From positions 236,599,741 through 236,663,740 of the forward strand of contig CM041465.1 of NCBI GenBank assembly GCA_023213395.1: a stretch of 64,000 bases of DNA, given 5' to 3'. The position numbers and the translations under genes are program-made. This document shows positions 13,817 through 26,399 of the stretch, in pieces (position 1 is the stretch's first letter; each line of letters opens with the position of its first letter). This stretch comes from Cycas panzhihuaensis (Eukaryota; Plantae; Cycadophyta). Under the pieces are notes generated by a model that was not told the DNA's origin, searched no databases, and saw nothing but the letters and a program-made list of their open reading frames with translations.

Positions 13817-15860
13817 TGATATGCCACCTCCTAAAACCCAATGATAGATTAAGTCATTTTTAGGTAGGCTTGGTTTCCTCAGGCATTTTTTGGCAAACTT
13901 CGCCATTAATGCCAAACTGATTACTAGCCTATTAAAGAAGGGGGGCCCGTTTGTTTGGTCTTCTAAGGCCCAACAAGCCTTCAAAGAACTTAAGGAAGCC
14001 CTCGATTCCCCTTGAAATTGGCATTGCCTCTCTTTGATAGGCCATTCATCCTATATAACTTAGCAACTGATGAATCTCTAGGTGCCATGTTGGCCCAGGA
14101 GGATGATTCAGGAGCTAAGAGGGCTATTTACTTCATCAGTTATACACTTGTGGCTGTTGAACTCAGCTACTCCCTTATAGAGAAGGAATGCCTCTCCTTG
14201 ATACATGCAACCAAGAAGTTCAGTCATTATTTGCTTGGGAATACTACTTGGGTGATCGTTCAATCTAATCCCCTACGCTATTTACTCACCTGACCTGACC
14301 TGATAGGTGGGACTGGCAAGTGGGCCATCCTCCTTTAAGAGTTCGACCTCCAAATCATTAACAGGAAGTCAAAGAAGGGGATGGTAGTGGCTGAGCAACC
14401 TGTTAATACTCCTATCCTGAACCCTTTGGATGTTCTTGTTGATGACTCTCTTCCTAACGAGCCCATCATGGTCATTCAGGACTTCCCTCCTCATCCGCTT
14501 ACTGATAGCAAGTGGTATGGGGACATCATACAATACCTCACTCAACAGTAGTACCACCTTAATGCTAGCGATAAAGTTAGGTCTTGTATTTGGGCTACTG
14601 CCAGATAATACTTCTTGATGAGTGAGGTATTATACAAGAGATCCTTCGATGGGATCCTTCTTCGCTGCATCACCCTCAACAAAGTGGACTAGATACTTCA
14701 CCAATACCACAATGGCATTTGCAGGGGATACTTTGGGGGCCAATCCATACCCTAAAGGATCCTCCATATGGGGTACTATTAGCCGTCCCTCTTTAAGGAT
14801 GCCCATGCTTATACCTTGAGATGTCAGCAATGCCAGGAGCACGCCAACATCACTCACTTGCCTTCTGAGGCTCTCCACCCCATTATATCTCCATGGCCCT
14901 TCTCCTAATGGGGGTTAGACCTCATTGGAGCCATATCCCCACCCTCTTCGTTGCATCCCAAGTTCATCTTGACTGCTATGAAGTACTTTACTAAATAGGT
15001 GGAATCCATTCTTTTGACTGCTACTCCTGGTAAAACGATAGCCACCTTCGTCTGCCAGTATATCATCTGCCACTTTGGGGTTCTCGATGTCCTGATCATA
15101 GACAACGGAACTCCTTTTCACAATAAGAGGATGGATGAGCTTTGTGAGAAATTCCACATTTCTCATAAGACTTCCTCTCCTTACTATCCCCAGGCCAATG
15201 GCTAGGTTGAATCATTTAACAAATCTCTTATAAATATCTGAAAGAAAATCATTACCCAATCTCAAAGAGATTGGCACCTCCAGCTCTCTTCCTCCCTATG
15301 GGTATATCGCATGTCTATCTGTATAGCTACAGGAATGACTCCTTTCCCTTAGTCTATAGGATGGAGGTGGTTCTCCCATTGGAAGTGGAGATTCCTTCTC
15401 TACGTGTCTCTCTTAGAGGTCTTGTCGATGAGGAGTCTATCCGCTAAGCTTACCTCTTAGTCCTTGAGGCCTTGGATGAGAAACACTTGGCCACCTACCA
15501 AGCCAACCTCACCTCTAAGGCTAGGGCACGAAGGACCTACGATAAACACCTTCGTTCCTGTCCTTTATATCTGAGGGACCACGCCTTCAAACTAGAATAT
15601 CTCCATGATCGCCTGACCAAATTTGGACCCAAATAGGTTGTCCCTTTTATCATTCTCAGGAGTATTGGGAATGGTGCTTACTGGATCGTCACCCTAGAGG
15701 GCCTCGAATTTGAGAAGGCTGTTAATGGGAAATTCCTGAAAAAAATTTATGCATGACTATGTCACTCTTCTCTATGCACTTTGAAATGAGCCTAAACTAC
15801 CATCCTAGGCACATCTCCATTCCGCTTAGTCACAGGTGGAATGGCGGCTTAGGGTGACCC
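13817..15860 (+). repeat. Tandem duplicate (~2.04 kb) of RT-connection/RNase H/integrase and post-pol hairpin (copy 2 of ~11781-13806)
   Basis: ATGCCACCTCCTAAAACC at 11785 and 13821; colinear through the INT stop (15754-15756) and TTAGGGTG(G/A)CC. Confidence 0.95.
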
Positions 15861-16549
15861 TATTATTTCTTTTGGGTTCCTCCTACAGAACCCCTTGTGC
15901 CCCTTTTTCTTTAGGGGCCCCCTCTTCCTAATTGGGTGTATTGTCCCAATCGTTCTCGGGCTTGGCTACATTCCCCAACTAGGATGATGTGTTGGAGTAT
16001 CCTTACTCCCTTCCTATTGGCGCTTCCTTTGCATATCACGCTATGCTCCCATGTGGACATATGTGCCATCCTATCTCCTAGCCTCACATATATCTATCAC
16101 CACTGCTCATGGTAATCATGTGTGCATTTGCTAGGAATATGGACCTATATAAAAGGAAGTACGTGTAGCTTAAACAATCCTCTATCACAAACCATATAGT
16201 AATCAATCAAAAAAAGAAAAAGAAAAACATCATAACATACAACGCTTCGTGTATCCGTGCACCCTCATACATATATATACATATACATAAAAAATAAATA
16301 TACATCATCCATCATCATGTATCATCACACACATCAGCATATATCAAATTAGGTGCCAATAGCCCTATCTATATATAGAAAATTATCATGTGTCATATCA
16401 TACAAATGGTATGATACATCATCTATAGGAAGCCAAAATCCTTGCAAGGAGGAGTATAATCATGTGGCAACATATGGTGACTTTATAAAGGTCTGGTTCT
16501 TTCCCATATCAAATCAAAAACTACTACAACCTACTATCTAGTATTGCCC

Positions 16550-18455
16550 TACTCTTGGGGCATCATGTCGTGGTCAGTGTGATCCCTCTTCTGGGACCAC
16601 ATGTCTCCTAGACTCATCCTACATCTCTGGGAGATCCCTGCCTTACTCCCTTCGTCCCAAGGCCTCCTCGAGGTCATCGCCATAGTGTGGGCATAGGTCC
16701 TGCTCCTCGACGACCTCGATGCCATCTGACCCACTAGCTGATCGTATCAGGCCTAGATACGATCCTTCTTACCCTCCACTCCTCAGAGCTACTCCTCCAG
16801 CACTGCTATCCTGATGTAACTCTTTGGATTACCACCTGCTCCTCCCTGAGCCTATAAAGCCTAGGCCCGGCCTCGTAGTGCATCTCTCTCCACCTTAGTC
16901 GTATCCAGTTCTCCCTACAGTTATCCTGCCCTCGCCTCATGCTCCTAGGACTCTATCGCCCACACATCTCTAGCCCTAACTAAGTGGGCGAATGTCGTCG
17001 TGTGGTCCCATGCCAACTGTGGCTCCTCTCCTGCCTAGATAGGAGGCTATCCCTCTGTGTAGACTTGGGAAAACATCTCCCAGATTACCGCCTCAATCAA
17101 CTTCCTGATGTCCACCACTCCTACAAATCCAACATGCTACACGTTAGTATATACACTAAGAAAATTAAGTAAAGCACAACAACTACATATTCGGTGATCG
17201 AAAGACGATGGGAAAGGGTAGTGTCTCAGTTGCTAGAACTTCTGGCTCCCTAACTTAGATGATCACCTCCTCCTCGGGTCCTCCACTCATTGCTGGTACC
17301 TCCTCCTCCTCTGGTACCACCTCACCGATTGCTTAGCCTACCGGGACACCTCCACCCTCCACTGCTAGTGGTGTCACTTCCTAGACTCTCCCTACTATCC
17401 TCAGCTTCTAGACTAGCATCTAGGAAGCTCCACCTCTCCCTGCAGTCCCTGATGGACTTGCCTCTACTCCTATGGCTCCTGATGGCCCTACCTCTCTTCT
17501 TGCAGTCCCTGATGGACCTACCTCTCCACCTGCAACTCTCGATGGGCCGGCCCCATCACCTCTATCACCTATCATCATTGTCACCCTCACTAGGGGCACC
17601 TCCTACTCCTCCCACCTCATCATCACTATCCTACTTCACCCCTCTATATGGATCTGCTATGTAGTCGATCATGGTAAGGAGGTCTAGTGATGTAGCCTCC
17701 ACTGAGTGCCTGACGTGTGCCTGGTCCTCGGTTCCTCTGAACTGAGTTTGCCATCTGTTGACTATAGGAGCCCATGCTGAGATCGGGTGGGGCCCTCCTT
17801 ATGGTGCCACTACTCCAAAGTGATCGAAGAACTAGCATTGCAACAATGTGCGGTATGACAGTCCTCCTCTTCCCACTACCCTGATAGCATCCAACTAGGT
17901 GACTAAGTTCACCACTGTGAGGGTGGCCCAGTCTAATCTCTGCTCGAACTTACATCTCCTCACTGTAACCATCTATCCACCGAGTATGTCCCTATAATTC
18001 TATTTCTGGGATATCCGAAATAGAATGCATAGAGTAAACAATTTTCTCACGCGAGGAATCCTAGACATAATCATGCTCTAGACTGGTATACCTCTCCTCT
18101 CCCACCAGTCCTAACCTGTGAAGTAGGTCACCACCTCTCTATGTGCAACGTCATTACTGGGAAGTGTACTTAGTGACACTAGTGTTCCAATTGCTGGTAC
18201 TCCCAGGATCCTCATAATGTCTCCTGGTATGACTGTAACATCTCCCACTTAGGGGAGATGGAACACATGCCTCCGTTGATCCCAATATACGACTATATCC
18301 ACTAGGATGTGCTGGTCTGACACATACTGCGGTGTCTGAATGACCTTCAATAGGCCACATCTCCCCAATACTCACTGGTCTCCATGAGTCATCATCTCAA
18401 TAAAACTAATCATGGCAACTCCTATGTTTTTACGATTGTCCACTGCGATAACTAC
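16550..18455 (-). pseudogene. Antisense extra ORF: plant mobile domain (PMD, aminotransferase-like, MAIN/MAIL family) followed by a low-complexity/charged C-terminus
   Basis: Manual minus-strand translation of ~17820-18380: LGRCGLLKVI..P...DQHILVDIVVYWDQRRHVFHLP*VGDVTVIPGDIMRILGVPAIG ... LDWATL ... LLQC*FFDHF, matching the PMD pattern (W...H.FHLP.GE.T.T..D...ILGLP..G; LLQ.W..EH). The C-terminal extent is approximate. Confidence 0.8.
17430..17550. repeat. Four 30-bp tandem repeats inside the antisense ORF
   Basis: CCTCTC...GCAGTCCCTGATGG.C..-type units with period 30 (frame-preserving). Confidence 0.8.
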
Positions 18456-19711
18456 CTGCAAAACACCCAAAACATAGTCAAAACCCATATAAACCAACCT
18501 GCTGGTCCTTAGGACTACTTCTCACTCCTCTTAGACTGAGATTAGGCTCTTCTTCGAGGTATCTTTTTTTCTTTTTACCCAATCTGCCTTCACACCACGC
18601 TAAACTTCATGGTACCACAGAGTTTAGTGTGGGGCTCGTTGAGATTTTATCTAAATCTCAGCGGCCCCACGGCAAACATCGTGACACCATGATCTTTATC
18701 ACAGTGCCGATGTCACCTCCCAAAAATGGAAGGTTTCCAGCCTAAAAATAAAAAATATTTATCTACATGGGCCACACTCAAGCCCACTAGGATTAGGGCT
18801 TCCTAATACCCCAGTCCCGCCTCTCGATGGGTCTAATTCAGGCTCTAGGAGATCACTATTTACCCTTAAGGGGCCCAAAATTACATTAAAAATTATTAAA
18901 AATCTATTAAATTCAATTGATAAAATGGATTTAGGTATGAATGATCCACTTACTGGATCTGGTCTCGCTACTGCCATCTCGTCTCCCTAGTCCCACCAGC
19001 TGTCTTTACATCTCGATCCAATGATCAGATCTCTCCTTGTGTACCTCTGAAGTTGGGTGGCACTCCACTACATAGGGGGAAGGGCTCTGATTTGTTTATG
19101 AGCCTATGAAAATAAATTCCATTTTCGCCAAGTTTCCTTTATATAGGTGGGGGCCCCAACGGGTACTTCTACCATTTCACTCATCGCGATAGCCCTTGAG
19201 ACCGTCTCCTTTCCATGATCACCTTTGCCTTCTAGGTCTATCTTCAGTTTTACCCCCGTGGCCTTCTTTTTCCCTAGACCTGCCAACTGCATTTATGGCA
19301 CCCTTTCCTTAGCCTTGCGAGGCCCCCCTCTACCTCATTTTGCATGTTGCCTCCATATATGCTTGAGTTTATACTCATTTGACTAGTTTCACCATCTTGG
19401 ATCCATTTTTGCTGCCCATTCATGCCTTTGGGGCTTCCAAAGGAAGCGTCCCCCCTGTTTGGGATTGCATTTCACCTCCTTAAGCAACCTTTGGCATCTT
19501 AGAGGGGCCTTTTCACTACCAGTTCTTCCCTGTCTGCTAATTAGCCCTCTTTGCCTTTAGGTAGCTTCACCCTTGTGTCTTCCTACCTTTTGCAGCCTTT
19601 ATTAACAACCATTTGGAGTCTTTTATGATGATTTTATAGTATTGAGTTCTCTCCATTCATTGATCTTGTCAGCATTCTCCTCTCTACCGAGACCTCTATT
19701 TTGTCATCGCC

Positions 19712-20095
19712 TTACTCATTTTCACTGATGGTGGAAGTTGTGGTAACCCTAGCCCTTTTGTTGCCATGTGGATTCTCTATGATCCTTCCAGGTATAACTT
19801 CATGTGCTCTAGGATCTTCCTTCCCCAAGTCACTAATAATAAAGTTGAGTACATTGTTATTATTGAGGCTCTTACTAATGCACTCCACTTCCACCGTGGA
19901 CCTATCATTCTCCTTTGCGACTCTCAAGTTGTGGTGTCTAAACTCACCTAAGTTTACCAGGTGTGGTACCCACACTTGAGGGCCCTTACCTCGACTGCTA
20001 GATCCTTGTTAGCTTGTTTCTCATCTGTCGACATTCGACACATTCCATGAGCTCTTAACATTGAGGCAAATAGCTTAGTTTGCCTCATCCTTGAG
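19712..20095 (+). pseudogene. Additional (archaeal-type) RNase H, aRH, in the 3' region of element A
   Basis: FTDGGSCGNPSP...WILYDP...TNNKVEY..IIEAL...CDSQVVV...HIP*ALNIEANSL = RNase HI pattern DG.S.GNPG / TNN.AEY / DSQLV / H.PR..N..AD. Confidence 0.9.
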
Positions 20096-20617
20096 CGTCG
20101 CCTGCCTCTCCTTAGTGATCCACCTTGAGAGACTTATTTGGTCACCCATGCACCCAAGTCTTAGGTCATCTTTCACTTCACATTGCGATCTGTTTGTACC
20201 TCTAAAAGGTAGCCACAAATGAGGTTAAACTATGGCGACCACCAGGTTTGTTTTCTTCACTCTACTTTTAACATCTTAGCATATAGCTCTCACTATTATT
20301 GGCTTATGTCTGTATATAGCGCTTTGTTCACGACGTCTGTCTGGTCTTAGGTGTGGTCATCACCACCCTTCCACCCTACTCTTATGATGGGGGCACCCCC
20401 CTCATCTGCTATCTTTACCTGCGGTCTATACCATGATACATAGGTAGCCCCTATGTTGTCTTGCCCTTACCTTTACACCCACGTGTTCCACCACAACACT
20501 TGTCATCGCCCTTGGTTTGCACTATTACTATAATTTATATATATATGTATGCTACTAACATTGTGTTGCCAACATTCGCTGTCACATTATGCCTTTGAGG
20601 TGTGAGGCTCTGCTACC

Positions 20618-20627
20618 AAGGGGGCAG
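20618..20627 (+). promoter_or_regulatory. Polypurine tract of element A
   Basis: AAGGGGGCAG immediately before the 3' LTR. Confidence 0.88.
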
Positions 20628-23529
20628 TGTTTCCTAGCTCTTGGGAATGGGTTCTTGGCAAGTTAACTTAGGTAAGTATAGTTATGCTTCGATCCTTTGC
20701 CTTTATAGTTTCTCTAGAAAGGTAGATAGAAGCATCATTTCATTGTATTGCTGACTGACACATTTGAATGATCACCTTGCACCCATTGCTTGATCATGCT
20801 GCTTGTCATTCTCTCAGCCTATGACGACTAGTGGGATATGCATCCCCATGGAACTCCATAACCCTTCTATTCACCTCCACATTGTTCTTAACACCACTTA
20901 ACCTATGTGATCTGTCACACCCTATTCCATATCACAACCCTTAGCAACCTGCTGAATGTGATTGGTTGATCCTTATGCTAGTTATCAATTTTCTCAGAGC
21001 TCTACCACTTTAATACCCTATCCAGTTTAGGTCATCTTCTCTATTTGACTATCCCTAGCCTCTCCTAGGCCTATGGGTACCTCCTTTAAGGCTCCCATGC
21101 ATCCTCCTTTTGTCCTACTTTGATTTTTGTCATAGTACTGTGTTAAACTTTGTGATACTGCAAAGTTTACCATGGGGTGACTATCATAGCTTATTTTTTA
21201 AAATCTGCCATGGTAAATTTCACTTTCTTCATGAAATTACCACGTGGCTTCAACACCTCTCAATCCCTAACTCAACCCTAATCATCCATTCATCCCAGGG
21301 TTAGGTATAAATCCCAAAATAGCCTCATTTTCCACCTCTTCTTCCACCTTCCTTTCTCTCTTCTCTCTCTTTCATAGGAGTTTTCTATAGGAGTGCCCTG
21401 GAATGTTCAAGTTCCCTATGTTCTAGCTTGAGATCTGCCCATTGTAGCTCTAATATATAGTAATAGGCTCACCAACTAATATCTCCAAGCAAGGATTCAT
21501 GCCCAAGTTCAGCCTCCATGCCCTTCCTATAGCTTTCAGTGAGATTGTTTCTAGATTGCAACACCTTCCTAAGGATGACCTGTAAGCATACCAGATCTAC
21601 TATTTTCTACTATTTTCAGGGGCAGATCTACTCCTTACATAACCCAACAATTATTTTCCATTGTTGTTCCATATCTTTCCTTCGATTTGTCTTGTAAAAG
21701 GTTAGATCTTTGAGCACATCATTCCTTTCCTTGTTTTCTTTGCTATATATAGGAGGTATTCCTCCATTCCTTGTCTTCTTGACCTCTTGATCTCCCTATC
21801 CTCTCCTAGTTTTTTCTAAGGAGGCTATAGGAGAGGACCCATAAAGAGTGAGAGAAAGGAGCCAAGGTGGGATCCATACCCACTAGGCCTACTCCTCAAG
21901 GGAAAACCTCTTCTCCTCTTTCCTCTACTTCACTTGTGCCTCTTTGGGTCACTGGGGAGTCTTTAGGATTTGGCCTACGCTAGATATTAGTATGTGCAAC
22001 CCTTTCTACATTGTTTCTAGGCCTACACACCTCTCTTGGGTGGATCTTCTAGCCCCAAATGGTGTCCTCTATTCATCCTGGGTCCTGGCATATCCAATGT
22101 TGCAATTCGCTACACGTAGCATACTTACAAACCTTGTAGTGTTTGTTTCCTTTATTGTCCACTACCCATAGGCTATTCTAATATGCTATACCCTATGTCT
22201 AAGTGTAGTGTGGAGGTGAACTTGCTAAAGGGTTATCTGTTCTGAGGCTAACCTCCCCTTGCCTTGGCTTATGGTATTCATTTTCTTGGGAGATTATAGA
22301 GTTACTTTTGGTGGAAGATTACCTAACTTAAAACATTCTAACTTGTAACATTTCAGTGTTTTACTTTTTCATAAGTATACATATATTGGCTTTGTATCCT
22401 AGTAGCCCCTTGTAAAGGTCAAAGAACTTTTTGATTACAGGTTTGCCTATTTGTAGAGAAAGGTAAACGATGATAATCCAGGTGCATTCCTTAGACTCCC
22501 TTTTCTTTGGTTGTTTTGTCCTTTATATAGTTCCTTTTTCCTTTACATTTTCTTCCTTCTTTCCTTTCATCTTTAGGGGAGGTAACAAAACCCCTACATT
22601 GCTCATGCAATGGAAAAAGGGCAAAGAGGAAGCAGGCATAGCGCAAGGTGAAGATCACATTTTAGCTGCATCATTCTTCTAGGTATGCCGCTCTCATTCC
22701 ATAGGTTTTTTGTGTTTCTTCTAGTTTGTATGCTTGCATAAAAGACATAAGGGAAATAAAGTAAAAGGGAACCAACTCATATCATCATCTTACATATTAG
22801 TTTGCATTCTAGGAAAACACATTCATTAAGGGTTATCTGATTCCCTCTTTCATCCAATTGCATTGCTGTACACTTTGCACGATATCTTGGTTTATTTCTT
22901 TGCTTCTCTTTCCTTTGTTTGAAATGAAATGAGAGTGAGGATCTACTTTTGAGAGAGAAAGTATATTTATTGTTCTTTATACCTGTGTGCTTAGTTTACC
23001 TCTCATTTGTACACATATGACTAGTCTTTGTTTCATTGTTGTGTATAGAGGCTAGACCTCTTCACGCTTAGAGTGGCAGGAACTCTTTCTACTACCACTC
23101 TTTATCCATCTAACTTTTCCGCTAAGTGGATTAGTTCTTAGAGGATCCATCCCCTAAGATCTCCTTTATACCTCATCATACTTACATATACCTCACCTAC
23201 ATCCCTTAGCTTTCTTTCCATGGGGGCTCGCTCCCTCGTTGGGTCTTGCCTTCCCTTTTTGACCATCCAAGGGCAGGAAGACCCTTGTTTTAAGGTTACT
23301 TAGGCAACCAAGGACACCTCTCACTTATGCTCCCCTTCAAAGTCAAAATCCAAGTTACCTTGAAGAAGTCATGCACCATTCATGGGCCCTAAATCTGCAT
23401 TCCAACACATGAATGCCCTGTGTGGGTGATTCCTTGAACTTGTTGGTTTGATCCCTTTATCCCGGAGCCTTCTATCGATTGTCATAATCCCAACTAGGTG
23501 TAGTTACCATCCCCATAGACGTGATTCTA
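20628..23529 (+). repeat. 3' LTR of element A (2902 bp)
   Basis: TGTTTCC...GATTCTA (CA decayed to TA), followed by TSD GTCAC. Confidence 0.95.
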
Positions 23530-23537
23530 GTCACTAG

Positions 23538-26399
23538 TGGAATCACACCTATGGGGGGGGGGGGGGGGGGTTATCACACTTGGTTTTCACCAAACCAACT
23601 AATAGATGGTTGCAAGGCTAATGATCTATTAGGCAAGTGAAGGAAATAAGGGCAGTATGTACTTGTGAAGGATTGAGAAGGTGATCGATCCTATAGGTGC
23701 AAAACTGGCCTAAAGGTCACACTAGAGTGGCCTAGCTAGAATAAATGAAACAACAACCAAAGGAAAATAGGAGCCTTGAAAGGGAGATTCCCTTAAGGGG
23801 CTACATCTAAGGTGGTCTTAGGAGTATGAGTTGTTAATGGAAATATTTTAATACTTTTGCATGTGGGTTGCTATACAATGTATGTATTGATGAGGTTGTG
23901 TATGTAGAAATGTGTTCTTGTGTGAAGGAAATTTCTTTCAAATAAAGGAAAAGGATAGCATAAACAAAACCATTCGTTCACTCATACATGCATATCCTTG
24001 CTCTCGTTAACTTTCAAATATGAAAGGAAGAGAACCAATAAGGAAGCTATATGTGATGCAGGATGTATGCAAGGGATGCAAGTTTGACTAACCGTATAAC
24101 AAATAGATGTGTAATAAATATGATCCCTATCCCATGCACTTTGTCAAACAAGAAAGCAAGCTAACTAAATGCAAATGATATATGCAAATTCCCTTTCTTT
24201 TCTTTCCCTTTAAGTGATATATGGGGGTAAAAAAAGAAAAGAAGAAGAAAGAGGACTAAAGGAAGCAGGAGGCATACTTGGAGGCTAGGCAGATAAAGGA
24301 GTACTACCCTTTGTCATATTCACTTTCCTCATGCTACTCCCAACTACAGATGGTGTGACAGAGTGGTGCTAGTGAAGGAGGGTAGGAGATTCCTTAATTT
24401 TTCCAAATCCAAAGGAAAATAGAAGAGAAAGAAAGAGTTGTAATAGTAGGATTAAAAAGAAATAACAATAAAAAAAGTAAGAGCATACCTAGATGAGAAT
24501 GTCCTTCTTCCTCTCCACGTGTAGCAAGAAGGGAACCTCCAACCAAGCAACATTTTCTCTTTCTCATGGGGCAACAAGAACATAAGGGATATATGTGCAA
24601 TATATAGGATAATATGATGTAAACTATCTAAGTTAAAAGAAACATTTGCAACACAAGACTAACTCTCAACTCCTTTTTATGCTAACTTGTGAATAATATG
24701 AAAGAGAGGCTTGCAGGAGAAAGGATGAAGTTAGCCTCGAAATGGATAAACCTCCTAGGTCTGTGATACTCCATGCTATCCAAGTACCAAAGTGGCAAAG
24801 TAGAGCAAATGTAGCAAAACCTTGAGATGCAAACAATAGATTATAGGTAAAATTGCATGTGTTGTCAATGTTGTAAGAGTTACGAAGTGCAACTTTTGTA
24901 ATGTCAACCTAGCCTAACACCAAGTGATGGGTAGGGTATAGTTTGGGGCTATAATCCTACTTGCATAAGGTCTACAAAGCCAAGAGCAAGTGCAAAAATG
25001 GGCTACATATGTTGTTACTAGCGGTGACCTCCCTTTGAATAGCCCTTTGGAAGCCCAAGGGAAGCATAAAGGAGGAAGAGGTAGGGAGAGAAGGGGGTTT
25101 CCCTTGAGGAGAAGTCTCACTGGGTACAAAACCTACCTTGGCTCCTTTCACTCTCCTTATAAGCCTCTTCCTCACTGCCTCCTTAGAGAAACTAGGGAAG
25201 AGCTGGAAGGAAACAATGAGCAAATAAGAAAGGGAGGGTTTGCCTCCCATTTACAGTAGTAAAAACTAGAGAAATAAAGTGTTGTAGAAAGTATACCAAT
25301 AACTTTTATAAAATTTAAAAGAGAGAAAGCAAAGTAAAGGATTATGTGTACCTACTATGGGTAGACTAAGGGCTAATCTACCTAGAAAATAAGAGAAGAG
25401 GATAGGCTTTATGGGGTTTATAGGTGAAACCCCAAAGGAGTAGTAAACTAAAGACAAAACTAGAATAACATAGAAGATTTATGCTTAACAGAGTCCTTGG
25501 AGTGCATCCTCCCTTTAGTTAACCACATTCAGGCCTGCTGTTATGGATCTGGAGCTGTAGAGGACTGCTATCAGGTTGGGGAGTTGATGTGTTAGACCTA
25601 TATTATTGTAGGGCATTTCTTTAGAAAGGTCTCACGAGTGAGAGAGAGAGTGTGGAAGAGGAAGAAATGAGGATATTTTTGGGTTTTAAAACCCAACCCT
25701 AGCTCAATCAAGTGATTAGGGTTCAACTTGGGATTGGAATATGCCTTTTCCACATGGCAATTTTGTAATAAATACGAAATTAGAGACAACAGATTTTAAA
25801 AAATAATGTGTGACAGTTGCCCTGCAGTAAACTTCATAGTACCACAAAGTTTGCAGTGGTACTGCGATCTTTATTATGGTGTGGCAGAAACATAAGAAAA
25901 ATGAAGCTTAGGAGCTCTGAAAAAGGGGTACTTCAGGCCTCTAGGGGCATAACATTCTGTCTAGGTGGTAGGGGATAGTCATGGGACCAAAGAAAGCTAT
26001 AGGTAAAATACCAAAGGTGAGAAGCTCCTAAAAAGTTAGTAAATAAGTGAAGAGATACCAACCATGCCTAGGCAAGGTGCTAGAGGTCAAAGTGTGTGAA
26101 TAGGCTATGTGATTGGGTTATGGGGGCCAATTAGTACTTGGGCATAATGTGGAGATGTAGAGGAGGGTTGTGGAGCACCATGGGATGCATATCCCTAGAT
26201 CGTCATAGGATGAAGTGGTATAATACAATATGATCAAGCAACAGATGTATAATAGTCACACAATGAACCAAACAATCATGTAATGCAAAAAAAAAACTTC
26301 AATTTACCTTTCTTAGAATTGACAAAGGCATGGGGTAGAAGTGTACATGTACTTACCTAAGTCAACTTACCTATGTCCATTCCTGGTAGCTAGGAAATA
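23538..26399 (-). repeat. 5' LTR of the minus-strand host Tat element
   Basis: Reverse complement starts TATTTCCTAGCT (cf. TGTTTCCTAGCT) and ends GTGATTCCA; shares internal blocks with element A LTRs; PBS continues across the TSD at 3855-3859. Confidence 0.88.

Larger units (their letters stand above)
3860..23529 (+). mobile_element. Full-length decayed Ty3/gypsy Tat-lineage (TatII-like) LTR retrotransposon, 19.7 kb (element A)
   Basis: Two ~2.9 kb LTRs, TSD GTCAC (3855-3859 and 23530-23534), PBS, gag-PR-RT-RH-INT order, aRH downstream of INT, PPT AAGGGGGCAG. Confidence 0.96.
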
